From NCBI GenBank assembly GCA_028534125.1, contig CM052823.1, positions 70,308,001 through 70,372,000 of the forward strand: DNA of 64,000 nt, in the 5' to 3' direction. The notes beneath the pieces were generated by a model, which worked only from the letters and a program-made list of their open reading frames with translations, was not told the DNA's origin and searched no databases. The DNA comes from Lama glama (taxonomy: Eukaryota). The position numbers and the translations under genes are program-made. Positions 1 through 12,396 of the stretch are shown here, piece after piece (position 1 is the stretch's first letter; each line of letters begins with the position of its first letter).

Positions 1-178
1 CTGTACACATGACCGCGGCAAAGACCCAGCACTGCCCGTAGCGCACTGGCTGGCAGCCTGTGGCGTGCCACTGCTTCAGGATGGCCACGCTGCCCGTCCA
101 CTCCGTGGGGTTGATGCCGTCCGAGTATTTCTCACCCCAGTTCCCGTTGAGCACGCCGTTGTCATCGTTGCTGTTGAT
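1..178 (-). CDS. TGM5: Transglutaminase 5 exon 6 (catalytic Cys exon)
   Basis: Translates [61 protein letters not shown] acceptor at 179-180; 178 bp, same length as TGM7 exon 6 here. GQCWVF catalytic Cys codon at 29-31. The donor lies just outside the window. Confidence 0.96.
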   Translation of the reverse strand, partial: MNSNDDNGVLNGNWGEKYSDGINPTEWTGSVAILKQWHATGCQPVRYGQCWVFAAVMCT

Positions 179-777
179 CTGCACAGGAGCCATGTATATA
201 GAAGCATTAAAGCAGCCTCTTCCTCAACAAGATGTGATGTGGGGGCTGCCTTGCAAGGCCCATGGGCCTGGGACACAGGAAGCTTTGATCTCATTCTACC
301 TGGGAGCTTCCAGGCCTGCTGGGGAAGGAGTGAGGGTGGGAAGCCAGCTATTCTGATCTGTGCACCACTGTTGATTAATTTATTACTCTGTTTCTACCCC
401 CTCCCTTAACCCCTCCATCTCCCATCCCTGCAAAGTCAGAGCTTGGCTCCAAGAGCTTTTGAAAGTACTCCAGAGCAAAGGAAATTTAGAAACAAAACCA
501 TTTCCTGAACCAGAGCTACACTCAGTCTTCCCCCAAACATCCAGTTTAGAATTAATAGAGGTGATGGCCCACACCAACTATTTCAGAGCTCAGTTGAGAA
601 AAACCTGTTACCCACACCTTTCATCAGTCTCATCCAAAACGGCTTTGCCAAGGGCCCCTGCCTCTCAACTCTTCATTCCCCTGGGGCAGGGGCAACTGTG
701 AGTGGGTAGGGCTCCTGGGCACAGCTGCCTCCCTCCCCGGATGCCCCCTGGGTGGGCAAAGCCCGGCCCAACCTCAC

Positions 778-906
778 CATGGCACACACCACTCTGCTGA
801 CGTAGACCGGGCTGCCCCGCAGAGCACAGTCTGTGGCTGGGTCGATCTGGAAGTTCAAGCTCTTGTCCAGCAGCTCCAGGCAGATGTCTATGATGTTCTC
901 CTCAAA
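778..906 (-). CDS. TGM5: Transglutaminase 5 exon 5
   Basis: [43 protein letters not shown]; 129 bp; AG acceptor at 907-908 and GTGAG donor at 777-773. Confidence 0.96.
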
Positions 907-2278
907 CTGCGAGGAGAGATACAGGGAGACAAGGCGCCCAGGCTTGGCATACGTGGATATGAACAGAGATACTTGACCCACCCCACCCAGCTCTCCAACG
1001 GAGTGTGTCTGGAGAATCAAGTCCATTTGGAAGGAGGCTGTGTCCAGCAGCAGCTGTGGACTGCCCTGCCTCTGGGGCAGGGACAGGCTCGCAAAGCTCT
1101 GGGGTCACAACTCGCCTAGTTTGTGTGTCCTGCCCATCAAATTCCTGGAGTTTCTTCTAATGAGTCTGACTGGCTGAAAAAACTTTTTCTCCTTCTCCTC
1201 CCCTTTATCCCCCAATCCTGGAGCCCCTGGAATGTTCTTGCTAAAGCCACGTTGCCTCGTCTTCCACCCCTATCTGCTGACCCGGCTCGTTGTTGGTGAC
1301 TAGCAGCGAGGTGATGGCATCAGCTTGTCCTGGCGCCTGTGATTCAGTGAGGCTCTGGGTTGACTAATAGCATGTGAGTTATGGAAAATTTTCACCCAAG
1401 GCAGGGTGGCTCCTTGTTCTTCAGGCTTGGCATGAATGCCACTTCTTCTGAGGCCTTCCAGAAGGCCTCAGCCAGAGCCTGGTTAGCTCCATAGGCCTGG
1501 CTACATCTCTTACTTGTCAGACTCAGTTACAATGATGTAGCCGAGGTCCATCTTCCCAGCTTGAGTGTCCGATCTGTCTTTCTCCAGCTCTTCTAACTCT
1601 ACACCCAGACCTGCCACGGAGTAGGAACTCTGCATCTTTGTTGAATTAGAGTAAATGAAGGCATTTATTCCCACAGAACACTGGGCAATAAACAGGATTA
1701 GGAGTCTTCTCTGATCCATCTTCCCCAGGGCACAGTTTGATCAGTTCACTTTTCTGCTTTAAAATATTCAATGGCTGCTGAGGCCTATAGAATCAAAGCT
1801 CTAACCTCCTCTACAAGGCACATAAGACGCTCCTTAATCTGGTCTTCTTCTACCTCTCTAGCCTCATGTCTCAGTATCCCCTGACTCACCATGTTTGCTC
1901 CAGCAACACCAGATTCCTTAACCCCTGCAGCAGGCCCAGTCATTTCTGACCTTTGTGTCTTTGTTCCTGCTTTCCTCTGCCCGGGATTGTTTCCCCACCT
2001 TCCCCCACCTGGCTAAATCAGTTCAAGTTCCTCTCCCAGGAGGCTTCCCCCACACCTCCATGTCCAACCAAGTGCTCTTCCTCCAGGCTCCCAGAACACC
2101 CTGTGCCTGGTTCTCAATCTTTACCTCTCCTGCTGCGTGATAAGTGACCTGCTTATGTGAGCGAGTTCTCACTACGCTGTGGGCTCAGTGACAGTGTTTT
2201 ATTCATTTTTATGCCTCTAGCACCCAGCACGCTGCCTGGCACTGAGCAGGCATTCGATACATGTTCACCAAAGGAGAA

Positions 2279-2298
2279 AGAGAGAGAGAGAGAGAGAG
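2279..2298. repeat. (AG)10 microsatellite
   Basis: Seen directly. Confidence 0.95.
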
Positions 2299-3389
2299 AA
2301 CCCAGGGCTCAGAAAGCAGCAACCCCTCACTTCTGTTTCTCACAGATGACAGCCACTCCCTGTCCAGGGGCTCTCCAGGATCGTCATCTCCCCCTGCTGA
2401 GTGAGGAGTTGGGGTGTCAGTTGGGGCCAGTTGAGGCTGCCATGTCTCATCTTGACTATAGCCACCCTGGGGGCCTAGGGTGGGCCCGAGGTCACATGTG
2501 TGTTGGAGTTCTATCTGGGCAGGTCCAGGAGAGGGACCCGTATCAAACTGATAAAAGCTCCACAAGCACTCTGAGGGTTTTCCAGCCAGAACTCCTTACC
2601 CCTTCCCAGCAGGCAGCCAGAGCCGGCCCCTCCCCTGCACAGTGCTCTGGTGCTGGGGCTCAGCCTTGAGAACCCTGTTCCCTGGCCCGGCCCTGGGCTC
2701 CCTGGAGCACCTGCTGTTGGCTGAGCTTAAGTGGGAGGCAGGCTGTCAGTAAGGCCGGAATTGCAGAGCATTGCAATTAATACAAGGCTGTTTTTACAAA
2801 TAAAATCACACGTTTTAGTATGTGTGTAGAAAACAAAATGTAGAGGAACAGAGACCCTGCTGGTGACAGTGTTTGGAACGACCTTCCTGTTCTAGACACT
2901 GATTTTTCTAATGTTTCTCTCTAATTTTTTAAAAGCAGTTATATATTACTGTAATAATGAGAAGGATACATAATCAAAACAAACAACTGGAGAGGCAGCA
3001 GTAATGAGGAGGGAGACACACTGCTGCTCATCAGCCCTGCTTCTGACTGAGATGTTCAGGGGACAAGTTTTCCTCAGTGGGACAGAACTGGTCCTAGGGT
3101 CTGTCACCTGGGGTTGTGAGGTTGAAGTGAGTGTGACAACTGGGGGCCCACTGGAAACAAAGTTAACAAAGACCAGGTATCATGGCCATTGTCACTGTTG
3201 TCCCTTCAACGTCACCCTCATACTCAGTGGGATTCTGGGTGGGTGCTTTCAGCCGTCTTCCCCCTCAATCCTGTTGTCTGAGTCAGACATGATCCGCAAA
3301 GAGCACCTTCCAGCTTTCTACGGCTGCTCCCCTAGCTCCCTGGAGTCACGTCTCACATCTTCCTGGTGCCGTTTTGCTCCACTTTGTCA

Positions 3390-3611
<222 letters not shown>

Positions 3612-4928
3612 TCAAAGTGGGAGGACACAAAGCAGAAAAGTCATCTTGCCCGACCTGCTTTAGTCCCAACCCAAGAAGGTCCAATCTCATGGAAACTGAG
3701 CTCTGGGGAGAGAATTGGGTGATACCAAGGCCTACCCACCACCACCCATCAACACCAGCAACAGACTCAATATAAACAAGAGATGGAAAAGGAAAAATTT
3801 ACCTTTGGTGGAATTTCTTGGTTTGCAAAGCACATTTACATCCTAGCCCCATTTCAAGGTTAAAGAAACAGGCTCAAAGTGATCAGTAACTTGCCCATAC
3901 CACACATAAGTAGAGTGAAATTTGAACACAGCCCTCATGTGACTCCCTGTTCTGTGCTCTTTCTGCTACACTCAACCAGTCCTGGTTGGAAATGAGCAAA
4001 TCGGGGTTGGCATTGACCTCACCATTCCTTCTGTAGGAATTTATTCTGAGCAAAGTGTTTAGAAAGTGCATGAAGATTTAGATACTTAAGCTGCTCATCT
4101 GAGTGCTATTTATAACACTGAAAAGCTGGAAACAACCAAAATGCCCTGTTCTTAGGGACTAAATTGTCATCTCTACCACTGAATTCTGTACGCTGTTAAT
4201 GTCAGGGTGCATAACTGTATGAATACACAGAAATCTATGTTTGCTTCTTGAGTGTAAATAGGTTACATAATGTGGATAGCATGAATTGACTTTTGTTAAA
4301 AACGTATATGTATATGGACAGAGGATTTTGAACTCTATTCTAAAAGCTATTCATAGTATTTTTTTTCTTTTTGCCTATTGGTATTCTCTAGATTTTCTGG
4401 AATGAAAGTGCATCTCTTTTATGATATAATTTTTTTCTTTTTAAAGTTAAGAATGAACAAACGAAAGGACATGGGGACAGATGTCCTTTTTGTGGGGTCC
4501 TGGAACTGTCTGGAACCTGTCTGACCCTGAGGTGATGGTGGCTTCCCCCTTTCCTCAGAGGCAGCCTCAGACATAGCCTGAGGGCTCCCTGATGGAAGAC
4601 GAGTCCTTGCTGAGATGCATTTTATCGAGGTTTTGGACCAGAGAACTGCAGGTTCATGGTTGAGCCCACGTACATCCCTCTTCATAGTGGGGACCAGCAG
4701 TGGCCTAAGATAGGGTGGGGCTCCCCAGCCAGCGTCCTGGACGTGGTGATGGGGCAGCTGCTGATCCTGACCTCAGCCCCAGCTGACTCCTAGCCCCACG
4801 TTGGGTCTCCCGGGGAGCTGGATGGGGCACAAGCCTCAAAAGAGAAGGCCCCACAGATACCACTTTCCTCTCCACAGTTCAGGAGAGCCCTCAGTACGTT
4901 TGAAACTCCCAGCCTTGGAAGCCAGGAG

Positions 4929-4948
4929 GTGTGTGTGTGTGTGTGTGT
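4929..4948. repeat. (GT)10 microsatellite
   Basis: Seen directly. Confidence 0.95.
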
Positions 4949-6124
4949 AAGAGGGAGATAGGACAGGGAGAGGCAGACAGACAGATGAATGTCCACCTTG
5001 GTCCAGTGCCAGCACTTCTTCTCCTGGGCTGATAGGTAAGCGTTCTGAGCTGCTCCGTGGCAGGGCAGTGGGAGGTGACAAGAGATGCAAGGGTCTGGGT
5101 TCTGGCAGGACCCAGCAGACCCCCTGGGGACAAGGTTAGGGGAGAAGGGAGAAAGGAGAGGGAGGAAGGGAGGGGATGTCCTCTAAGTCAGAAGTGAGAC
5201 TTTGTAAAGTCTGGCTTCTGCCCGAAAGCCCAGCAGAGGCATTCGCTACCCTCAATCCTCCCTGCCCGTCTTCGCGCTCTCCTATCCTGGCTTGTCTGTC
5301 CCTCCTTCTGCCCACATTGTGTCTGCATATCTATAGAACACCCCTGTCCCCAGGAAGATTTAGACGACTGGGACTGTGGGACAGGTGGTGCCAGGATACT
5401 CTCTTGTAGCTTTGTTTGTCTGAGACAAAAACTGGAAACAGCCAACATGCCTGTAAATAGGGAACTAGTGCATCTGGAGTAATTGTAGCTGTTAAGAAGA
5501 ATGTATGGATAGGAAAATATGTCCAAAGTTGAATTGTTAGATGAGAAATTCAAGTTAGAGCATGCTATGTATTAAATAATTCCCTTTGTCTTATGTATTG
5601 TATAATCACACGTGCATGCACGTATGCATAAATTCATATTTGATTAAGCATAAAACATCTTTGCAAGGCCGCACAAGAACACGTTAACAGGATTTCCTCC
5701 GGAGGATGGAACTTGGAGATTGGAATAAGGTTTTACTTTTCACCTTATACTTTTCTTTCTTTTTTTTGGCTTTACCCTTCAGTCCACAAATATTCAATGC
5801 GATGCACTTATTACTCTTATAATGAAAAAACTCAAGTTAACTTAAAAAGTATGCTAACGGTGGATGTTCTAACAGTGACCACACTTAATTGTAATAGTTT
5901 TCTTTTTAAGTAAAGATGACTTGGTTCATCATTTTAAAATTCTAAATAAGTACATACATAGTGAGGTTTCTCTGCCCTGCTTGTTGGGAAGTGCTGAGTG
6001 CATGGAATTGGGAAGATTTGTGGGTGGCCAGGGAGCAGGGGTCTGGAGATCCTGGAGCCTGGCTCTTCACGGCACTGACAAAGGGGCAGAGCTGGGGTCC
6101 CCTGACACGGGCATCCCACCTCAC

Positions 6125-6370
6125 CTGGGCACCAGGGGTTGAAGAGTAGGATGAACTCTCCGAGCTGATAGGCTGTGACAGGCCCCTGTAGGGATTTGAT
6201 GTGAACCTTCAAGAGGTACCGACCCACGGCCGCTGTGGGAGGGGCGCACAGGCTCACTTCCAGGGAGGTGGCCCCGAGGGTCTCCAGTGAGGCGATCCAG
6301 GGGCTGGGGCCGCTGTGACCTGCCAGGCTGAACACGGCCCGAGTCCCCTTGGCCAGGTCTGGCAGTGGTC
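6125..6370 (-). CDS. TGM5: Transglutaminase 5 exon 3
   Basis: [15 protein letters not shown]...[13 protein letters not shown]...[14 protein letters not shown]; 246 bp; canonical splice sites. Confidence 0.96.
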
Positions 6371-6432
6371 CTGAAATGAAAGCAGAGCTGAGGCCCTCTG
6401 TGGTAACCTCCCAGCCCCCGAGAATCCTCCCA

Positions 6433-6433
<1 letters not shown>

Positions 6434-6475
<42 letters not shown>
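6434..6475. repeat. (CA)21 microsatellite in TGM5 intron 2
   Basis: Seen directly. Confidence 0.97.
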
Positions 6476-6478
<3 letters not shown>

Positions 6479-6505
6479 CCCCTGCGAGCCAGCCAGGCTC
6501 CTCAC

Positions 6506-6685
6506 CAGTCTCAGCCACAAAGATGATGTCATCCAGGCCCGGCTGGAAGGCCCGGTTCCTGAAGTACAGGGTGATGTTGAAGCTCTGGCCCCGGCGGAGG
6601 AGCAGGCGGTTGGAGCTGATCTCCTCCGTGTGGTGCCGCACGTTGTTCCAGGAGCTCTGCAGGTCTATGAGGGCCACCTCCAGCC
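6506..6685 (-). CDS. TGM5: Transglutaminase 5 exon 2
   Basis: [41 protein letters not shown]...FVAET; 180 bp; RRGQ motif; canonical splice sites. Confidence 0.96.
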
Positions 6686-7399
6686 CTGGGAAGACAGAAG
6701 GGCAGGGTTGTGGGGTCTGGTCCAATCCTGTCTACTACTTACTAGTTGTACAAACGTGGGAATGAAACTTAGCCTCTCTGAGCCTCAGTCTCCAAGCCGG
6801 TGAAATAGAATCCGTGATCTCAGCCTTACAGGGCTGGTATGAGGACTGAATGAGGCTCCATGCATGCAAGGGCCTCTCTCTTATTTCCTTCCTCCCTTCC
6901 TTCTTGGCTTCTCTGACCCTTTATCCCCTTCTGGAGGTGCATGGTTTTCTGCCTCTGTTTGACTCCTTTTGTAGGCCTGGCCAAGTTCAATTACTCCTTT
7001 CAGCCTAGCATGTCTCCAGCTTCACCCCAGCATCCTCTTTCTTGGGCTTAACTGTTCCGCTGGTCCCTGTACCAGCCTCCAGATCTAGGAGCAATTCCCC
7101 GGGTGAGCTACTATGCTTTAAGGAATTTGCTGGCTCTCTGACTGCCACTAATGCTATGTGTCCAGTCCCCTGGGAGCTGGGATGCCGAGGACAGTCACAG
7201 AAAGGCCCACTCCCAGCCCCCTGCAGCTTTCACTAAAACATAGACCGATCTCTTTGTTCTCCAAGTGTGCCTCCCCCAGAAGGGCTCCATTTCTGACTTC
7301 TCCGTGTTTGACCATGGTTCTACCCTGGTCCCCATGCACCTAGACTTACAACCTTTAAATCACATTTGGCACACCCATCTTTTTCTCAATCTATATCCA

Positions 7400-7720
7400 T
7401 TCATGTGTCATAAGTCCCTGCACTCCTTCCCTTAAAATATCTGTGTTGTCCATCTGTCCCTGTCCACACTAGTACATTTCTGACCTCCTCACCTCCCTCC
7501 TAGTGACTGTAACAGCCTTCATCAGATCTCCTGCTTCCTGTCTCTCCACATTACCCACCCCTTTGCACATCACCAGATTATCTTCCCTCAAGACAGTGTG
7601 ATCATACCATCCTTTTGCTTTCAAAGTCCTGAGATACCCCATAGCCCACCATACAAAAGGCACACTCCTTAACCTGACACTTATGACGCTCCACATCTGG
7701 CCGGAACTTACACTTACATT
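7400..7720 (+). mobile_element. L2 fragment
   Basis: aacagccttcatcagatctcctgcttcctgtctc...gatcataccatccttttgctttcaaagtcct. Confidence 0.6.
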
Positions 7721-8164
7721 CTCACCTCTCACTACTCCCAGCATGGGCGTTCTCCTCCAGCCAATCTGTCCCCAAGCAAATGGTAGCCCTACCTGTCCAG
7801 GTATTTTGATCCCACTAGAGCCGCAACTCAGAACACTCCCTCACTATCTAACCAAAGTCCACCTGTCCTCCACGACCTAGTCACGACCTTCCTCCTTCTC
7901 ACCTCCCACTGATCTCCAGCACTTAACCACACCACTTATGGGGAAACTTAACTGCTCAATTGACAAGTTAATATCAAGATCATTTGCTCATTTACATCAA
8001 CAAACTAACTGAGAGCCTACTAGTTTCGGGGTCAGCATGAGATGTTCAGATCTTCTGGTAGTTATTTTTTTATTTGTCTATCTTCCCCCACTAGCTGTAA
8101 GCCAATGAGGAAAGAGACCTAGCTATTTTGTTTCAGCTGTATCTAGATTTTAAGAAATGTGAAC

Positions 8165-10350
8165 TAAAGCATTTGACAAAATCTAACACCCTTTCGTAAT
8201 AAAAATACTCAACAAAGAAATTAGTTCTATGAATTAAAAGAAACTTCCTCAACCTGGTAAAAAGTATCTATGAAAAACCCACAGCTAGGACCATATTTAA
8301 TAGTGAAAGACTAGATGCTTTCCCCCTAAGATCAGGAACAATACACCCACTCTCTCCCCATATGCTCAACATTGTACTGGAGGTTCTAGCAGTAAACATT
8401 AGAAAGATGAAGTAAAATTATCTCTATTTACATATGGCATGATCTTGAGTATAGCAAAACCTAATGAATTCACACACAAACTTAGAACTAATAAACAAAT
8501 TTAGCAAGAGTGTAGAATTCAATATAAATATTCAAAAATTAATNNNNNNNNNNNNNNNNNNNNNNNNNNNNNNNNNNNNNNNNNNNNNNNNNNNNNNNNN
8601 NNNNNNNNNNNNNNNNNNNNNNNNNNNNNNNNNNNNNNNNNNNNNNNNNNNNNNNNNNNNNNNNNNNNNNNNNNNNNNNNNNNNAACAAGCCACACGCAA
8701 AGCATCATTGGAAGAAATTAAAGAAGATCTAAATAAATGGAAAGACTTTCTATGTTCATGAATTAGAAGACCTAATATCATTTCAAGGACAAACCGATCC
8801 ACAGATTCGATACAATTCATATCAAAATTTCAGCTGCATTTTGCATAAATCAACAATTGGATCCTAATATCCATATGAAAATAGAATGGATCCAAAATAG
8901 CCAAATAATTTATAAAAAGAAAAACAAATTAGAGGCCCCACACTTTCCTATTTCAAAATTTACTACAAAGTGACAGTAATCAAGGCAATGTGGTACTGGC
9001 ACAGGGACAGACATATAGGTGAATGGAACAGAACTGAGAGTCTAGAAATAAATGCTCACATTTATAGTCAGTTATCTGTGACAGGAATGCCAAGAAAATT
9101 CAATAGGGGAGAAATACTCTTCAACAAATGATACTGGGATAGCTGAATAGCCATATGCAAAATAATGAAGTTGGACTCTCTCCTTCACACTATGCACGAT
9201 AATCAACTCAAAATCCATCAAAGATCAAAACATAAGAGCTAAAACTATAAAATTTTTAGAAGAAAACATAGAAGTAAATCTTCTTGATCTTGGACCAGGC
9301 AATGGTTTCTTAGATATGCCAACAGAAGCACAGCAATGGAAGAAAAAAAGAAACAGCTAAGTTGGACTTCAAAATTAACAACTTTTGCTTCAAAAATGCA
9401 ATAAATAAAGTGAAAAGACAATCCACAGAAGGGGAGAAAATATTTGTAAATCATATACGTAAGGTACTTATATCAGGAATACACAAAGAATTTGCATAAC
9501 TCAACAATAAAAAAACAAGTAAATCCAATGAAAAAATGGGGCAACTGATCTGAATAAGCATTGCTCCAAAGAAGATACACCGAAAGTCAATAAGCACATG
9601 AAAGATGCCCCACATACTTAATTATTAGGGAAATTCAAGTGTAATACCACTTCACATGAACTGGCATGGCTATTATAAGAAAGACAGACCATAACAAATG
9701 TTGATGAGGATGTGGAGAAATTGGACCACTTATCCGTTGCTTGTGGGATTATAAAATGGTGCTGCCTCTTTGGAAAACAGTCCTCAAGGTGTTGAACATA
9801 GTGTTACTATATGACCCAGTAATTCCTAGGCGTATACCCCCGAAATTAAAAATGTATGTTCACACAAAATCTGTATGTGAATGTTGATAATAGCCAAAAA
9901 GTGGAAACAATCCAAATATCCATCAACTGCTTAATGGATGAATAGAATATGGTATAGTCACAGAAAGCAACGTTATTCAGCCATAAAAAAAGGAATGCTG
10001 AAAATACCATAACATGGATGAAATTTGAGAATGTTATGCTGAGTGAAAGAAGCCAGACACAACAGGCCACATATTGTATGATTCAATTTATGTGACATAT
10101 GCGGAATAGACTATTCCACAGAAACAGAAGTAGATTAGCATTTGCTAGGGGCTGGGGGTAGGGGAGAATAGGGCATGACTGATAACGGGTATGGGGTTTC
10201 TTTTTGAAGTGATGAAAGTGTTTTGGAACTAGTTAGTGATAGTGCCTGCAAAATGTGAATTTACTATTGAAAAAAACCTCACTGAATTGTACACTTTAAA
10301 AAGGTGAGCTTTATAGTATATGAATTATACCTCAATAAAGCTATTATAAA
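8165..10350 (+). mobile_element. L1 (L1MB-like) 3' fragment: degenerate ORF2 end plus 3' UTR, interrupted by an N gap
   Basis: L1 hallmarks (gcatttgacaaaat, aaagaagatctaaataaatggaaagac, ccacatattgtatgattc); ends in ctcaataaagct. Confidence 0.9.
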
Positions 10351-12386
10351 CAAATATGAACCAAATCAACTATACCAAAAATGCCTTAATAAATATTAAA
10401 CTTTTTAAAAACTTCTTTAAGTTCTTTTGATTATTGTTAACACATACTTTTCTCATAAACTAGTTATTGTTTTGTTACTGTTATTATAAAAGAAATATTA
10501 GCATAATGATCACCACATTGTAGGTCCTCCAAATGTTTGCTAAGTTGGCTAGAGTTCTCTGTTTTTTCTATAATCACCCTGTACTGATTTCAGATTTCAG
10601 ACTCAACCAATACCTTATTGAGGGCCTGTCTACTGTGTGCTGGGCACTGTCCTGGGAACTGTAGAACGGTTACGTCAACGATTACTCACCACAACAATGG
10701 GGGGATGAAACATCATGTCATCCACACTTGGAGAGAAGAAAACCAAGGTGCAGGTGGATTAAATGTCTTGGTTGAGGTTGAACATAGGGTAACTGGCCCA
10801 AGCCCTGTGCTCTTTCCATCACCTGACTGCTGCCGCCCACTGCTGGCCTCCGCTCGTATTCAGGAAGGACATCTGACCCAGCTGGGAAAGCACCTGACTT
10901 TTTCCTCCCAGGAAAAAGAAGCTCACTCCTGGAGAGTGACTAACTAGACAGAGATTGCTTACCAGCCCTGATTCAGGTTGGACACATGACCCAACCTACT
11001 CAACAGGTATGGCAGCATCTGCCTGATGGCAAAAGCACTGGGGCCAAATCTCTTCCTCTGGGTACATTGTGGGTCAAGTTAAACTCAGCCTATAATGCAG
11101 GGATTATTCTTCAGCCCCTAAAACATCAGATATTCAAATAGGAGGTACATTCAATATTGGGCATATTTGTTTTCCTTGATGTGAGAGAAGAATGGAGTGC
11201 AATGATCAGAGAGGTAGAAAGGAAATTGTAAGAAGAACTTTTAAAGTAATTGATCTCAGGCTCTATCCTGGAGAGACACTCCCACAGGAGCACGAAGAGG
11301 CAGAGATAAGAATGTGCACTGCAACATTGCCTGTGTAACTGAAAAATGGGAACAACTTTAATACCCATCAATAAATTCCCTACACCCATACTGCAGAGTA
11401 CTATGCAAAGTGGGAAATATTGACGTAAGTCTATAGGTACTTGGGGGCATGGATAGAGCTACAAGACACACTGCTGAGTGGGTAAAAAAAATCAAGATGC
11501 AGAAAAATAAGTACAATGTGATGATACAATAGATATGCAAAAAAAGAGAGAAAAAGAAGCCACACAAGCTAATCATATACATTGCACTCAACATATATAT
11601 GAATATAAATGTGTAGACAAAAGACTGGTAACAGTGGTTTCTCCGAGCTGAGGCTGGGGTTGGGGTGGCAGTCAGGGGACTATAAGTTTTTCTGTAATTA
11701 TTGCTTTCTTTTACTCCAACCATATATTCATTGTATTTCTTGTGTAAAAAAATTCATAAAAATTTCAAAATAAAAATTTTAACATAAACAGTAAATGAAG
11801 ATGAAGCTGTTACATTTGTAGAGCTTTTAGCTCATTCTTATAAATGGTTTTGACTAACCATGTAAACTTCACAGCAGGTCTCTCTAGAGAGAGGGAGTTG
11901 ATAGAGAGAGAAGGGTAGTGGTGGGAAGGTGGGCTAAGATGAGGAACAGACCTTCTGAAGTTGGGGAAGAAAAAAGGAGAGTCAGAGAATTCCAGAACTG
12001 GAGGACAACTTCAAGATGTTCTGGTCCAAGCCTCCTCATTGGTCATGCATGGGGGCTGGGAACGAGACAAGTGACTTGTTCAGTGTCAAAGGGTCAGCTG
12101 TGGCAGAGAGGACAGGAACCCTGACCCCCCAGTTCCTGACCCTGCCTGGTCCCTCGGGCCTGTGGTTTGGCACTTGGCTCTTTAGCCAGGTTAACCTGCC
12201 AGCCTCCACCTCATCTCCTGGCTCTCAAGATACCAACGAATCCTTCTGTTTCTGGGATTTTGACTCTTTCTGCCTCTGTTCTTTATTTCCTCCTTCCTTC
12301 CTCTGAATTCACCCGCCCTTTGGTTTCCTACAGTCTCTCTGCCTTCCTTGGCCCCAAGCTCCAGCAGCCCTGTCGGCCTTGCCTAC

Positions 12387-12396
12387 CTTGTGCCAT
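12387..12396 (-). CDS. TGM5: Transglutaminase 5 exon 1 coding part (MAQ-G)
   Basis: Minus strand reads accaccATGGCACAAG|gtagg: strong Kozak context, phase-1 donor that matches exon 2, and the known MAQG N-terminus. Confidence 0.9.

Noticed and set aside
5934-6725. 263-aa ORF with poly(VC) as a standalone gene
   Set aside because: It is TGM5 exons 2 and 3 read through the microsatellite-containing intron.
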